DNA of 64,000 nt. Origin: Lama guanicoe. Lineage: Eukaryota. The stretch's first letter is position 1. The number at the start of each line of letters is the position of its first letter. This document shows positions 37,761-50,700 of this stretch, piece by piece. A program made the position numbers and the translations under genes. The stretch is taken from contig MU053873.1 in NCBI GenBank assembly GCA_013239625.1, positions 572,524 through 636,523 of the forward strand. Direction: 5' to 3'. The notes below the pieces were generated by a model. The model saw only the letters and a list, made by a program, of their open reading frames with translations, had not been told where the DNA came from and did no database searches.

Positions 37761-37929
37761 GCCACTCAGGGATCCCCGGGGACCGGGTTGCAAACACCAC
37801 AATTAAACACTGTCTGGCCAGCAGCTCTGGGTTTACAGCATGGTCAAAACAAACTAAAACAAAAAAACAAACAACCCCCTCCCCCACCAAAAGCAGGGAA
37901 TTCAACTGGTCTCTCCAATACCAAAGTAT

Positions 37930-40900
37930 CAGGCAGTATTATTAATTCTAACCCCACTGAATGGAGACCCCAGGATCTGTGAGAGCATATTATCATCTTT
38001 ACGGATCAGAGGTTGGCTTTAAAAAAAAAAACAAATTCAGGTAAAAATATTGTCTAGACAGTTTCAAATGACCAGTATTCATGAAGTACTTTCTCTAGCT
38101 TGGACAAAATCATTGAAAATAACAACCTACACTGAAGAAATGCAGCAGTTTCATGTTACTTAACTAACAAAAATAGTTGAATTAGTTGTTAATTCTATAC
38201 ATTTAAAACTAACAAACACACTATTGGTTAAAAATTGTCTAACTCTCTAGTTTTACAACTTCATACATATCTTTCCAAAATACATAAAAAGCTAGTTATA
38301 TTTAATTCAAACTCTTGGAAATCTTTGTGTACTTTGAGAGGTTATTTTCCTCATGGGCTGGCACAGTGGACTGCGCTCTGACGCGCGGCAGGCAGCACCA
38401 TGGTCCCTCAGAAGTCCTCTGAGAACACGGCTTGCCCCCTGAGTCTCTGTTTCAGGTTGTGTGATTTGGGATAGAATTACCCTATAGTAGTTTTGGTCTT
38501 AATAAAGGACTTTTGTTGATCAGAAGAATAGAGACAGGCAAACAAAACCAACTTCAAGTGTGAGTGGCAACAGCTGGGCCTTGTCCGTCCAGCAGGAGGG
38601 CCCGGGCCCCCAGGGGCTCTGTGTGCACCCCGCCTCCTGCACACTCCTCCTCCGGAGCCCAGAATGGGGAACCCAGAAGCAGAAGGGCCTGGAGGGATCG
38701 CCAGGCTGGAGCCCTAGTTTTCAGGTCTGGAATCGAGGGTGGGTAGGAGGTGTGGCAAGGACGCGGAGGGACTGGGACCCCGTCCAGAGCCCTTTCCACA
38801 ACCCAGCCTGCTCCACAGGACACAGGAGGGGATTCTCAGGTGAAGGTGCCTGCAGGGGTGCTGTCGTCAGCCCAGAAAAGGCAGCCCTTTCACTACCAAG
38901 ACGTGGGGCTGGCGTTGAGGTCCTGGACGTCGGGGGAGCCCACAAAGGGGGCCCTGCCACCCAGCCCCAGTTTTGCCACCTCAATGGCTGGAGCGACAAG
39001 CAACTGAGGAGGCTCAAGATGAATTTTTTACAGCTTATAATTTTTATTAAAACAAATCATTTAAATTATAACAATCCCCCAGAATAGAAAAGAGCCTTCC
39101 CTGGTCTGGCCCTGACAGGAGGCGGGACTCGGGCCCCACAGAAAGAAGTGTGGTTTGCCGTCTTTGACAAGAGCTTCCCAGGAAGCCCAGAGGGGCCGGC
39201 CTGGCCCCTGGGCAGCTGGCAGAGGGCATCTCCCCAGGCCCCAGCCCTGCCAACGAGCAATACCGGGTCAGGTTGCCAGATGTCAGCCTCAGGACTTGCT
39301 GTTTTGATTTGAAAGAGAAAAGAGAGGGAGAGAGAAAGCTGTCCCCAAGACTACAAGGCGCAGTCACTCAAGAAGTGTTATATGATGCCTGTGGAGCAGG
39401 GCCCGGCGGGCACAGCAAGGGTCAGAGCCACCGCGACTGAGGTGGGGCCGCGATCGGGGTCAATGAGGTGGCCTGTGTGGAACAGCCGAGTGTCGCCAGC
39501 ACCGTGTTTCTAACTGAGGACCATAGGAAGCACTTGGACTGAAACATCACGGCCAGGGCCCTGCTCTCAGTGGAGGTCAGAGGCTTCCTTACTCAATAAG
39601 CTCCTAGGCCCTAAAATTGTTCACTGAGAACTCAGTCACCTCGGCCACTGGCACAAGTCTCTGGAAACCCAGCTCCTCACTCATTCCTTCTTCTGCTGAG
39701 CCCGAGACCTTTCTGAGGGCCACCATGCTCTTCACTTATCCATCTTTGGGAGGACAGGCCAGCTCTTGTCCCCCAGGAGGGCTGAGACAGCCCTACCGGG
39801 TCTGCTCCGGGCCACAGGATGGTCCCTCCACGGCTCAGATGCCCATCAGCTCCCCCATGGCCGCCTGGCTTGGCATTTCCCACACAGCAGTTAAATAACA
39901 AAACAGCAAAGGCTGACGTTTTTATAAACGGCCACCACACTGTGCCCACTGCCACTGTCACAGACTGAATTTACAGGTCAGGGGTGGGTGAGCCTGAGGA
40001 GACAGCCTCACAACCGCCAGACCTTCCCTTACAAATGCCTGAGGACCCCTGCTGGGACCGTGTCTGAGGAAGAGGCCTTGGAGAGACAGGGAGACACGAG
40101 GGAACCTTCCAGCCACAGCCGTTCAGGCTTAGTGTCCAGATTTGGGGTTCCACCCTGCATGTCCTAAGGGACTAGGGTGACACACAGGGCTGGCTTCCTC
40201 TGGGCAAGGTGGCCCAAGAAGGCGGAGACCAGCCCAGGACACCGCTTGGTCAGCTTGACTACTGGAAAAAGGCAGGGTATCTGTGAGCTTCTCAGTTTCT
40301 CAAAACCAGGGATTGCCAGACACCACCTCTGCTCACAGGATATCTCTGGGCCCTCACGTCTTCATTCAGTAAGCGTCTTTTCACTAAGACTCATCCCCAG
40401 CTCTGCATAGCATACCCAGCTCTGCATGGAAGGATGTGAACAGCCCAGCAGGTCACAGCAGCACACCGGCTGCAGAGGGGAAAAAAGGGCAGGAAAGTGG
40501 CCTTAAATTAAGGAGTGGGTATTGGCCGTGGGGTGGCTCTGTGACCTGCTGCCGCCTGGCATGCAGGGGCTCACACACCAGCAGGTGCAGATCACTGACT
40601 GTGAGGGGTCAGCTGCATCTGGCTGGCACTGGGTGGGGCACAGAGGGACCCTGCACGGCCCTCAAAGAGATGAGGACAATGGCCAAGGAGGCCCAGGTAC
40701 AGGGATTGGTTGGGAGGACCTTGCTGGCATGTAGCCAGGAGGAAAGAGGACTCAGGTCAACAATGCAGCCTGGGGCTGGGGGGAGCTGGGTGTCAGGCCC
40801 CCAGAGCCCTACAGAGACCCCCCCATCATGGCTGGGCTACCAGGTGATGACCAGAGTGATGGGGCGTCCCCTGCCTGCCACGTGCAGCAGAGGCCACAGC

Positions 40901-41725
40901 CAGAGGAGGCTGGTAAAGACCCACCACAGCTGGAGAGGCCTGGGAAAGACCTGGGGCCATGCCTGGTTCTCAGACCCGGGTCGGGGTGGCAGCCGGCTGG
41001 CAGTGCATGATCTGTGGTGCAGGCTCTCCCGTGGCTCTGCTGGCCTCCTGGGCCCTCTGCTGGCCACCAGCCCTCCATCACAGCTTCTGCCTAGTCCTCC
41101 CTTGGGCACAGCTGCCTTTCCCGTTCTCCACCAGTGGGCAGCCAGAGCCCTGCCTCTGGGGTGCCTGGGCCGAGGACCCAGCACCTGGCCTGCCGTGAAC
41201 CTAGGGCAAGCTCTCCCGTGACGTGAAGATGGCAGGCCGCTCTGGGCCTGGGCTCGGGTGGGCCATGCCAGTTCCTCATCAGGGAAGGAGGTGAATGTTC
41301 TGGAACCCAGGGGAAGGGGGGATGGCACCAGCCTTCTGGTCTCTGGGAAGCCTGTGCCTTCAGCTACCCCCCAGCCTGGGCTAGGGGCAGGGTGGGGGGG
41401 GTGGTCAGTGCTGGACAGTAAGACACACCCCAGGGGGGTTTGGACGCAGGAAGCTTGGGACCCCACATCAGACGAGGGAAGACAAACACTTACAAAACTC
41501 AAAGACTCAGGTCAGGAGAACCAGAGTCCAATGACAGAACTCTGCAGGGTCCTAGTTCAAGGCAATTGCACATGGAGGAGGCCAGGCTCTGCTCAGCTGG
41601 GAGAAACTCCAGAGCTCCCACGGAAGCTCCCCGCCAGCCCACCTTCAGACGCTCCCACGGCGTCCAATCCGGCCTGTCGGTGCCGGGAGCAGAAGTGGCC
41701 GATGCTGGAGTGGCTGGGTCACCTG
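37930..41725 (-). other. NF2: NF2 3'UTR (distal end approximate)
   Basis: follows the exon 17 stop; AATAAA on minus strand at 39048-39043, ATTAAA at 38306-38301; AT-rich distal block ~37930-38350. Confidence 0.6.
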
Positions 41726-41776
41726 CTAGAGCTCTTCAAAGAAGGCCACTCGAGACTTGGCGCTCTGCAAGGTCAG
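41726..41776 (-). CDS. NF2: NF2 exon 17 coding part, isoform-1 C-terminus LTLQSAKSRVAFFEEL*
   Basis: ttgcag|CTGACC...GAGCTCTAG; 51 bp. Confidence 0.97.
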   Translation of the reverse strand: MTLQSAKSRVAFFEEL

Positions 41777-44700
41777 CTGCAAGAAGCAGAAAAGACATTG
41801 AAAGGGGGGCTAGACCTCCGCTGTCACAACAGGATGCCATCCTGTCTTGGGGACTAACCTCAAAGGTGGTGTGGGGTGACAGGGAAGATGGCTCAAGATG
41901 TTCAAGAAGCTGGTGGGCAGTCCCAAGTGAGTTTCCAGATTTGTCCAAGAGCTCAAATTAGGAGGTGACAAATGAGGACATGCCAGGAGGGATGGCTGGT
42001 GGGCAGAAGCACGTCAGCAAGAAAGTGACACCAATGTCGCCTTTTCACAGAGGGCAGGAGATCCCTAGGCATTTTAACAGATTCTCACATTCCCATCTAC
42101 AAAGGAGTCTCTAAGATGCCTGTGTATGTGCTGCCTGCGCTGGTGCCAGCCTGGGGGCCCCTCTGCTCCAGGGTCGAGGACCAGCTCAGCAGTGCAAGCA
42201 TCTCGGTCCTCACGCCCTGGGACACTGCTGGGGCAATGTGACCTGGTCTCAGGTAGGGAAGGCCCGTGTCGGGTGAGGACGAGCTTGTCCCTTCCACTCC
42301 CCACGTGGCCCCAAAGCAGACTTGCCCATGAGCTGGCAGCTGAGAGGGTGTTTCCATCCACAAACTCCGAGGCAACAGGCTTTCTAGGTGGGGCTGCGCG
42401 TGGGCCAGTGCTCTGGGCAGAAATGGCGAGCCCCTCCCAGGATCACCTCCCTGAGAAGAACCAGGCTGGGAAGATGCAGAAGGGAGGGGGCTCCGAATCC
42501 CAATTTCCCGACTCCGCAGGCCACTTCCCAGAAGCTCCCCCAGCAGCAGCATCTGATGGGGGCCCCTCCCAGTGCTCTGCTCCCTGCTCTGCTCCTGAGA
42601 TAACCACCCGGGCCAGGCTGTGTGCTCCACCCCCAGCGCTGGGACTTCGCAAAGGAGGGTTTTCAGGGAGGGGTATGTACTATTTCTCTTCATACCCCAA
42701 ACCTCTTAGCTTACTTTGCACCTAGTAGGAGCTCAGTTTTCTGAGTGAATAAGAAGTAGGCGATTATGATAACAAAATGGTGAGATGCCAGGGGGAAAGG
42801 AGAGCTCCACAGGGCGGCGCTGGGAAAGCCCAGCACTAATTCTCTGACCTCAGTGGACACTCTTGACCTCTCTGAGCTGCTTTCCTCTGGACTTAAATGG
42901 TGGGGGCAGTTTAGACGGTCTGGTCCATTCCCTTGACCTCTAGCAGTCTCTGAATCTGAAGAGAGCCCGGTACCATCCTTGGCTCTCCAAAGGGCGGGAG
43001 AGGAAGACTCCAAACCAACCACTTCACCATCAAAGACACGTGGCATCAGTGCACTCAAAAATGAGACAGCTTGAGAGCCGGCTCTTTAAATCCTGCCAAA
43101 TCTTTTGGCCTTGAAGTTCCCGACTAACAAGCTAAATGCAGGGAGGCATCTGAGCTGTTTTCTTCAGTGGAACCAATTTCAGAAGCCCTTTGGAAAGCCA
43201 GCTCTAATGGGAATGAAGGGAGCTTTCATTTCTTTGCTGAAACAGAATTCCCTCTAGAAGGATGTACTTCTCCCTGAACACAACCAGAGGAGAAGGGCCA
43301 GGAGTTGTGTGCTCTGTAGTAACAGGAACCAGGATGGTCACTGGGGAAGAAAGAAGAAAGAGAACCAGAGAGCCACGGGGGCATAAATCCTCTTAGGGGA
43401 GAGTGTGAATCAAAAGGTGCGATCCCCCCATCTCCACTCGGTTTCCTCCCACGCTCCTGGGGAGGCCTCAGGCCGGCCCCTCAGGGGACAGGGGACTTGC
43501 GGGGCACAGGGCCAGGCCGCAGTCCTTCCCTCCACACACCGAGTCACACACAGGCACAGCCAGACTGCCTGACCCAAGCCCGTCTGGGCCGGTCGCTGAC
43601 TCCCTCTGGCCTCAGTTCCCCACCACGAAGCAGGGGTCGTGGCAGCCCCCTCCTCGGGGTGACATGTGGAGGGAAAGATGCGCTGTGAAGAGCTCAGCTC
43701 CTCACCTGGGCACCGTGAAACTCAAAAGCTGTTATTACTAATAGCAGCATCGCGTTTGTCGCTGCCCCCTCCTCCTGGGCTCTGGCTCCTCTCCTTCCAG
43801 GGGTTGCGGGGCAGAGTGCGGGTAGAGAGGAGGCCAGCGAGGGCAGGGTGATGTGCTGTGCTGGCCTCCAAGGCCTCTGAGGCGGGGTAAGCAGATGCCT
43901 CCAGAGGCCTGGCCACTTCCCCAGGCAGGGAGCCCGGGCCGTGGGGGCCTCCGAGGGCCTCCTGCCCATTTGTACAACATTGGCTCCAAGAATTCCTGGA
44001 TCCTCTACCCAAGCTGCGTGCTGGCTGTCCCCTCGAGGTGCCAGGGAGGCTTCTGGCAGCTCTGGTAGCGCCAGACTCCAATTACTCGAGCATGTGCTGG
44101 TTGGGAGGCGAAGCCCTCTTCCGGTGGGCAGCACACTGCCTGGATCCCACCCCAGACGGCATGGCAGCAGCTTGGCCTGACCTCATATCTTGCAAGAAGA
44201 CAGAGACCATGTTCTTCTATAAGCATGAGGCTGCTGGAGGGACCGGCAGAGCCACGGGATAGAGGTGGCTGACGTGGCTGCTGACACCCAGGGCACTGGC
44301 TGCGTGGTGGTCCCAATTCCATTAGGAACCCCGTTGTCAGAGAAAATTCTCGCATGAGCCAACTGGCACTGCTGGAATGCTGCCAGGCGCCACCCCGGCC
44401 TCTGTCCGCTCCCACCTCAGCAGCATCCTTTATCTCAGGCATCTCCTGTGCTGGACAGCAGGTGGGGGAGGCAGGCAGTGAGGATCTGTGGATAAGCGTG
44501 GGCTTCTTTCCTCCAGGCGGGGACTCAGACACCCAGGACAGGGAGGCCCCTCTTGGGGCACTGCTGGCAGTTGAGCTCTCAGCCACAACTCGACTGGGCA
44601 GACTCCCCTTTCTATGGGATCCCTCACCCCTGCTGTTTCTAGACAGCTCACTGACTGTCCTGTGTCTAGTGCAGCTACAGGCAGGAGGCATTTGAAAACG

Positions 44701-47700
44701 AGGAGGGCAAGGCTCAGAGGAAACGTACGAAGCTAGCCCTTCAGAAAGGGAGCTGCCCCCGCAGGTCTTCTTTGTGCAACCATGGAAATCGGCCCCTGCT
44801 ACCCTCTCCCATTCTAAGGTGTATGAGCCAGGTCAGTGTCTGGTCCGCCTTCTTGCTCAGTAACGGGCCTGGCTCTCTGTACAGCATGGCAAAGGTACCA
44901 CGAGATGATGCGACCGAGGCCTTGCTTCCTGCGGTGAGAGCCAAGCCGGCCTCGTGAGTCGCACCCACCACCCTGCATCCCCTCTGGTGGCCAGCAACTC
45001 CCGTCCGCCCAGCCTGACAGCTCAGGGGTCACGCCTCCAGGACTGGGGGGACCCCCTGAGTGCACGGACACGGCTCTACGATCGTGCTGTAGATGGTGAA
45101 ACACAAAAGCATCAGGATGCAGACAGACAAGCAGGGCAGCGGTGGCATCATTCTGGAACCTGCGAGTCTGGTCGGCCTTCTCTGAATGCTTCTGGGGATG
45201 AGCGGGTAGAGTTCTGCCCACATATGACCGGTGATCAGGTCTGCCCTGAGCTGGCCAGGACTCCCACCAAATCCAGACGGGGAGGCCGGGCCACGGAGTC
45301 CTGGGCTCACACCCAGCTCCTCCAGGGGCTCTGCACCCCCTCGGCCCTGCACGAAGCCTCCCCACAGCCCTCTTGCCGGTTCCTGAAAGATGACAAGGGA
45401 ACACGGAGTTTCCTCACCAGGCACGGGGCTGACCACTTCTCTCTTCCAGCTGTCTCCTCACATCTGATTAAAATCAGCCGTGTGAACAATACCGGAGGAA
45501 CTGAGTTCTCTCTTGACTGAACCGGCTGTTCAAGTCTGTCATGAATCCAACTCCATTCTCAGGAGACAAACTTCCTTCCTTTTCCCAGCTGCAGATCTGT
45601 ACAGCTTGGTTTCCCTCTTTGGGGGGCTCCGCTCCACCACTGGCCTGGCCCCTTCCTCCTGCCCAGCCTTGACAGACGCAAGCCTGGCAGAGTCACTCCT
45701 CCTCCTGCCGGCTTCCCATCATACTGCCAGTTGTTTGTGACAGCCACCAGGCTATGAAAGGCCAGGACAGGGAGCCACTTGGCAGAGCGAGGCCTCCCGA
45801 CACCACCCGAGCTATGTGCGGTGTGACCACACGGACACCTCCACCCAACTAAACCAGTTCAGATTCAGGAGACACATCTGTCTCCTTAAAAACAGGAGGC
45901 TGGCTCCCCTCAACCCTAGGGAGGACCTGGTACGCAGCAGCCTCTCCAGAACCCAGGCATGCATGCAGTGTGCAGACTCAAGGGCTCCTGCTGGCCAAGG
46001 ATTTCTGGCAGCTCATCGAGATACAAAGACCTGGCCTGGCCCAAGCCTGAGAGATGGCCCCAGGGTCTTGAGACCACAAGCCTCGAAGGCACCGTGACAA
46101 GCACCAGGCTCACCCTCCCTCCTCACTGCCCTGCGGTGAAGGCTTCCAGCTACAGAGCGGCTCCAGCATCATTCCCAAGTGTGCCCCCTGCTGGAAAAAC
46201 ACAGCCCCCGGCTGGCTGCCAGCTCTCTCCTTCCAGCTCTCCTCCGAAAGTCCTTTTGGGGGGATCATTTCCCAAAGTGAAGGGACAGTAACAAAACGGA
46301 TTCCAGCACGGAGCCAGCGGCAGCAAGACTGCTTGATTAAGAATGAATTACACTTTCATCAGCACATGGAGAAAACTGATTCACAAGGCCGCATTGTGAT
46401 AATCTTGTTCAAAGCAAAAGGGGGTGGCGTGGGGGTGGGCAGGACACAGAGCCACTTTGGCTATCGACGACGACGAGAGAGAAGCAGCTCTACAATCAAG
46501 CAGGGGGTGGGGTGGGGTGGCGAGCAAAACTAATCAGAGCGCCAGGATTCCTCCAACTAGTCTCAGGGGGCCTCGCCTCAACCTGCTCATCCCAGGGGAG
46601 GAGTGAGGAAGGTACGGGTTGGGGTGGGGGGAAGCGTCTAATTCATCTTAAACAGTAAGACCCACAACGCTGAACCCATTTTAGATCCTAACCTATTAAC
46701 TCTAGGCGGTGAGACTCTGCGTGTCCCATAAAAACGCAGTGGAATTGAAATGCAAGCCCTCATATCACGTTACACTTCCTCTCCGCCACTACATATTGAA
46801 AATGAAGGTGCGGGGGAGGGCGAAGATACAAAAGGACACGCAGATTCTCCACCAGGAGCAGGAAGGTGACAGCCAAATCCAGCAGCAGCAAATGCAACAT
46901 AATCTCTGGTTTGGGGTGTGATAAACATTCCCCTTCCACACCGAAGCTGAGGGGCTAGGGCCGGTGAAGGGGGGTGGCTGCTGTACACGGGCCAGATTAA
47001 GCTATTCTGCTGTCTTGTTAGTTGACAGCTTGCACCCAAATGCCATCTGGGGATGTGCACTGGGAGAGAGCTGTCCACACAGCTCTGTATCCCTAAACAG
47101 AGGTGGGATGAAGGGCCTGAGATCACCGCAATGAACAAATCCAATTTGGAATCAGCTACTTTATCTGATCAAGAGAGAAATCTGCCCAGGGAAAACCCAG
47201 AGGGTGCCTTTGGTTTATTAATCCTTTGGGGACCTAAAGCAGCAGAATGATGCCTGGAAACCGGAGTCTGCCTGTGTCTCAAGCTGCCTGTATGATGCTG
47301 ATGGGGCCGGTCCCTTCCGCCACCTGGAAAATGGACTTTTCAGCCTGATTGACCTCACTGCGCAGGGGGAGGCTAGCTGATGGGCACAGAGCCCTCCGAA
47401 CGAGCACCTTAGGGAAACAGTACAGACAGACCGATGTCATTTCAAATTGCCAATATCAGGAGGGGTATCACAGCAAGGATCCTAAGAACAGAACCTCGGA
47501 GCTGCAGAATGAGTTTGCATCCCGACTCCTCCCTCCTGCCGTTGCAGACACAAATCAGGTGCTGGAGGAAAGCGGCACTGAAACGTATCTTTGGTGCTGA
47601 GGGACCAAATGAGATGTTTTACTGCATCAGACAAGGCGCACTAATGTCCGCAGGCACTTCCAAATGGTGGGCAAATAGCCTAGCAGGGCAAGGCAGCCTT

Positions 47701-50700
47701 GGTGGGCTCCTCACTGCCTCCCAAGGGCAACTGCGTGACCAGGTAGAGTCTACCCACCAAAGGGAGGGACTGGATCGTGGTCTTGTGGAAAAGTCTGGTA
47801 GAGTCTTCTACCCAGGGCACAACCAGGAATAAGCAAGAAAACTGGAAGCCATGGACAGTTAAGAGGCACATGGACGTTCGGTCTGTGTATGACGTAGGAG
47901 GAGCCTTTGGGGATGAGCCCAGGCAACATGTCCAGGAGGAGGGCACTTCCTGAGACCAGCCCTGATCCAGGGTGCCTCCTCTGTGCTTCCCACAGAGCCA
48001 CTGCCCCCTCTCCTGTGAGTTCTGCATCCATATCCAGTGCCTCTGCAGCTCCGCGCTGCCCCGGGATCCCCACCCACTCCCACACCCCCTTCTCCTCCTC
48101 CCTCCCAGCCCCGCTCTGTTCTCACAAAAAAGGAACATCTGGAGCCAGGGCACTGCCTTTCATGTCAGACAGAGAGTGCTCCACCAGACAATTGAGAGGG
48201 GTTGTCAAAAGCAGGCGGACCCACTCGGCCCTGAGTGGGGTCTGGGCGACTGAATGTATTAACCACGTGCGTGGCATAGACTGTTTGGCTGCCCTGTCCA
48301 GGCAGGTGATGCCGACTGACCAGAGGTCACGAGGGAGGCCCAGCCATTTGCTTTAGTGGTGGGAGACGCCTTTCATGCATATTCAGTCTCACTCCCTGAT
48401 TTATTACTGCCCTGGGTGTTTTAAGTGCTCTCCTTCACTTGGCCAGCCCTGCATCTCCAAGGGGAGTCTGTGCAAATTGAAGATGACATTGGACTTTATG
48501 TCTTCCTGATCCCAAGGAGGTGGCTGGAGCGTCAGATTAATGCCAAGGCTCCTCATTCCCGCTCCTGCAGGTCCAGGGAAACCACAGCTGGACCTGGATG
48601 GTCCAAACCACTTACTAATAAGCTTTCTAAGTGCTGCCACCCCCAGGATCTCTCATCTGTAGATTTCCTTTGAAGTCCTGTGCTTCCTTGGAGACCATGG
48701 GCACAGAAATGATGACAAGTTTGCTGGCACTCAGACCAGCCCAGGATCCAGGAATGGAACAGTCCCCTGAGAGGGGATAAAGGGTGTGACTGGGTGTTCA
48801 CCTCCACACTGTGTTGTGCAGGTAAGTCGCATCTGGCCAGCACCCACCTCATCAGCAGGGTGGCTCTGAAGGCAAGAGGCTTGAGCCCAGGACACCTGCA
48901 TCCCCCTCCGCCCCGCCTCCCCAGCCTCACAGCCGGACCTCACTCCCTCCCTCAAAAGACTCAGAGTCCAGAGACACATTCTCCCCGCCGAGAATAACAT
49001 GAATCTAGGTTCTGGGCAGCTTTGGATCATCAGTGCCTCTTGGACTCACATGCAAATGCCAAACCAGTTAGTTGCACTAATGATCAACTGGGAGAAAATG
49101 GCAATGTGCTGAGTGGAGATTAGCAGAAGGAGAAAAATATACCCTTGCAAACCCAAATCAGATAGTAGAATAAGTGGAGTTAATTCTGGCTTTTTAAAAG
49201 ATTTTACCTCCAAACACAGGGAAACGAAAACAATAAGTGGATATGTGGGTAACGAGTCGTGCATATGAATAGGTGTGCTGTGTCCTGCTCCAGGCTCACA
49301 GGCAGATTTGTTTCTTTATGTAATTTTAAGCCCCCACTGGGCTTGTAGGGTAAACTGTTTCCTGCGCATTACCTCATTTAATCCTCATAACAGTCCTGGG
49401 GGGTCCGTGCTGTCTTATTTCCTTTTTATAGGTAAGGACACTGAGCCTTAGGAGAAGCCTTAGAGAAAGTAAGTGGCGGTGCAGCAGCAACCCGGCACAG
49501 CAGACCGGACTCCCTCACGGCACTGACCCATGGGTAAACCCTTGGAATTAGCTTAAGCGTGATGAGACCAGAGGTTTAGACACTGAGGCCTCTCTGGGAG
49601 GCAGGAGAGGACTGACAGCAAGGGGGAGGGGTACACCTGGATCTCGGGAGGTAGAACCATTCTTTCCTTGAAGAAATCTATGATCAAAACGCATGAAAAA
49701 CAAAAATCAATGCAGGCTGGTGTGAACCAAGACTAATGACAAGATTTAGGACACCAGAACTCTCCAGTCCACCACCAGTCTGCATTTCTCATCTCAGACT
49801 TTCTAGATGGAGCTCTGCCCTTGACAATCTAGGTGCCCACACTTCTCTCAGTGAGGCTCACTTTGGCCCAGACTGCAGCTGGCACAAGGCCAGAGCCGCC
49901 TCAGCACAGCAGGTGGCTGGCCGTCAGTCTTGGTCACTGGCCAAAGGGACCACTAACGTCTAGAAAGTGAAAAGTACATCAGACTTCATATGTAGCAAAA
50001 GCCACCACTAATTAATCTGATGATGCTGAGGTAACTCCAGCTGCATTAAAAGCCAACTCCATTTTATTAACCCTTGTTTAATCAGAATTCTTGATGAACA
50101 GGAACCTGGCAGCCTATTTTTGCAAACAAGTTCACATCAAGACATTAAAATAAAAAAAAAAAAGGCTCTGTGCATGTCCCAGGAGTAGCACAAGCTTGAC
50201 TACAAATCAAACCTCATTTGTCTATAACAACAGCTCAGTGAGAACTGACGGTCAAAACCAGGTCCCTGAAGAATTTAAATGTTCTGAATCATTACAGAAA
50301 GAAGAGAGATGAAATCATATCCAGGTAGAACAGTACGGTCACACGTAGGGAATATCCAACAGCACAGACTGTAACAAAAACGGATTTTCTGCATGCCCCT
50401 GTGCCGGCCACGGGGTCCAGGACGCCTCAGTGGCTCTACCCCGGGGTCCTTGGGTGTCCGGGGTCAGTACTTGAGCAGATGGTCCGCCTGGCCCGTCTGT
50501 TCCAGTGCTCGTCCCAACTGCCCGGCACCCAGCACATGCTGTTTGGTGTTGGTAAGTAAGCTAAAGAAATAGGAGCCCGCTAAATAAAAGTGTCACACAC
50601 AAATTGTGGTTCACGCCATGGGTTCTTGGAACCACTGACAGATCGAATCCATCTTATAATGAGATCCATCTGGGACTTTAATAGCTAACCTCTCTTGCTT

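Noticed and set aside
6569..40430. Short direct repeats (ggcaggaggcctcagctg x2 near 6570-6615; gggctggtgcag x2 near 29010-29095; cccagctctgcat x2 near 40396-40428)
   Set aside because: Two-copy local duplications; no repeat-spacer array, so not CRISPR-like
11883..44691. Other 200-275 aa ORFs (e.g. 11883..12650, 17008..17835, 28824..29579, 40436..41221, 44005..44691)
   Set aside because: Pro/Gly/Arg/Trp-rich composition expected from GC-rich non-coding DNA; no recognisable family or exon structure
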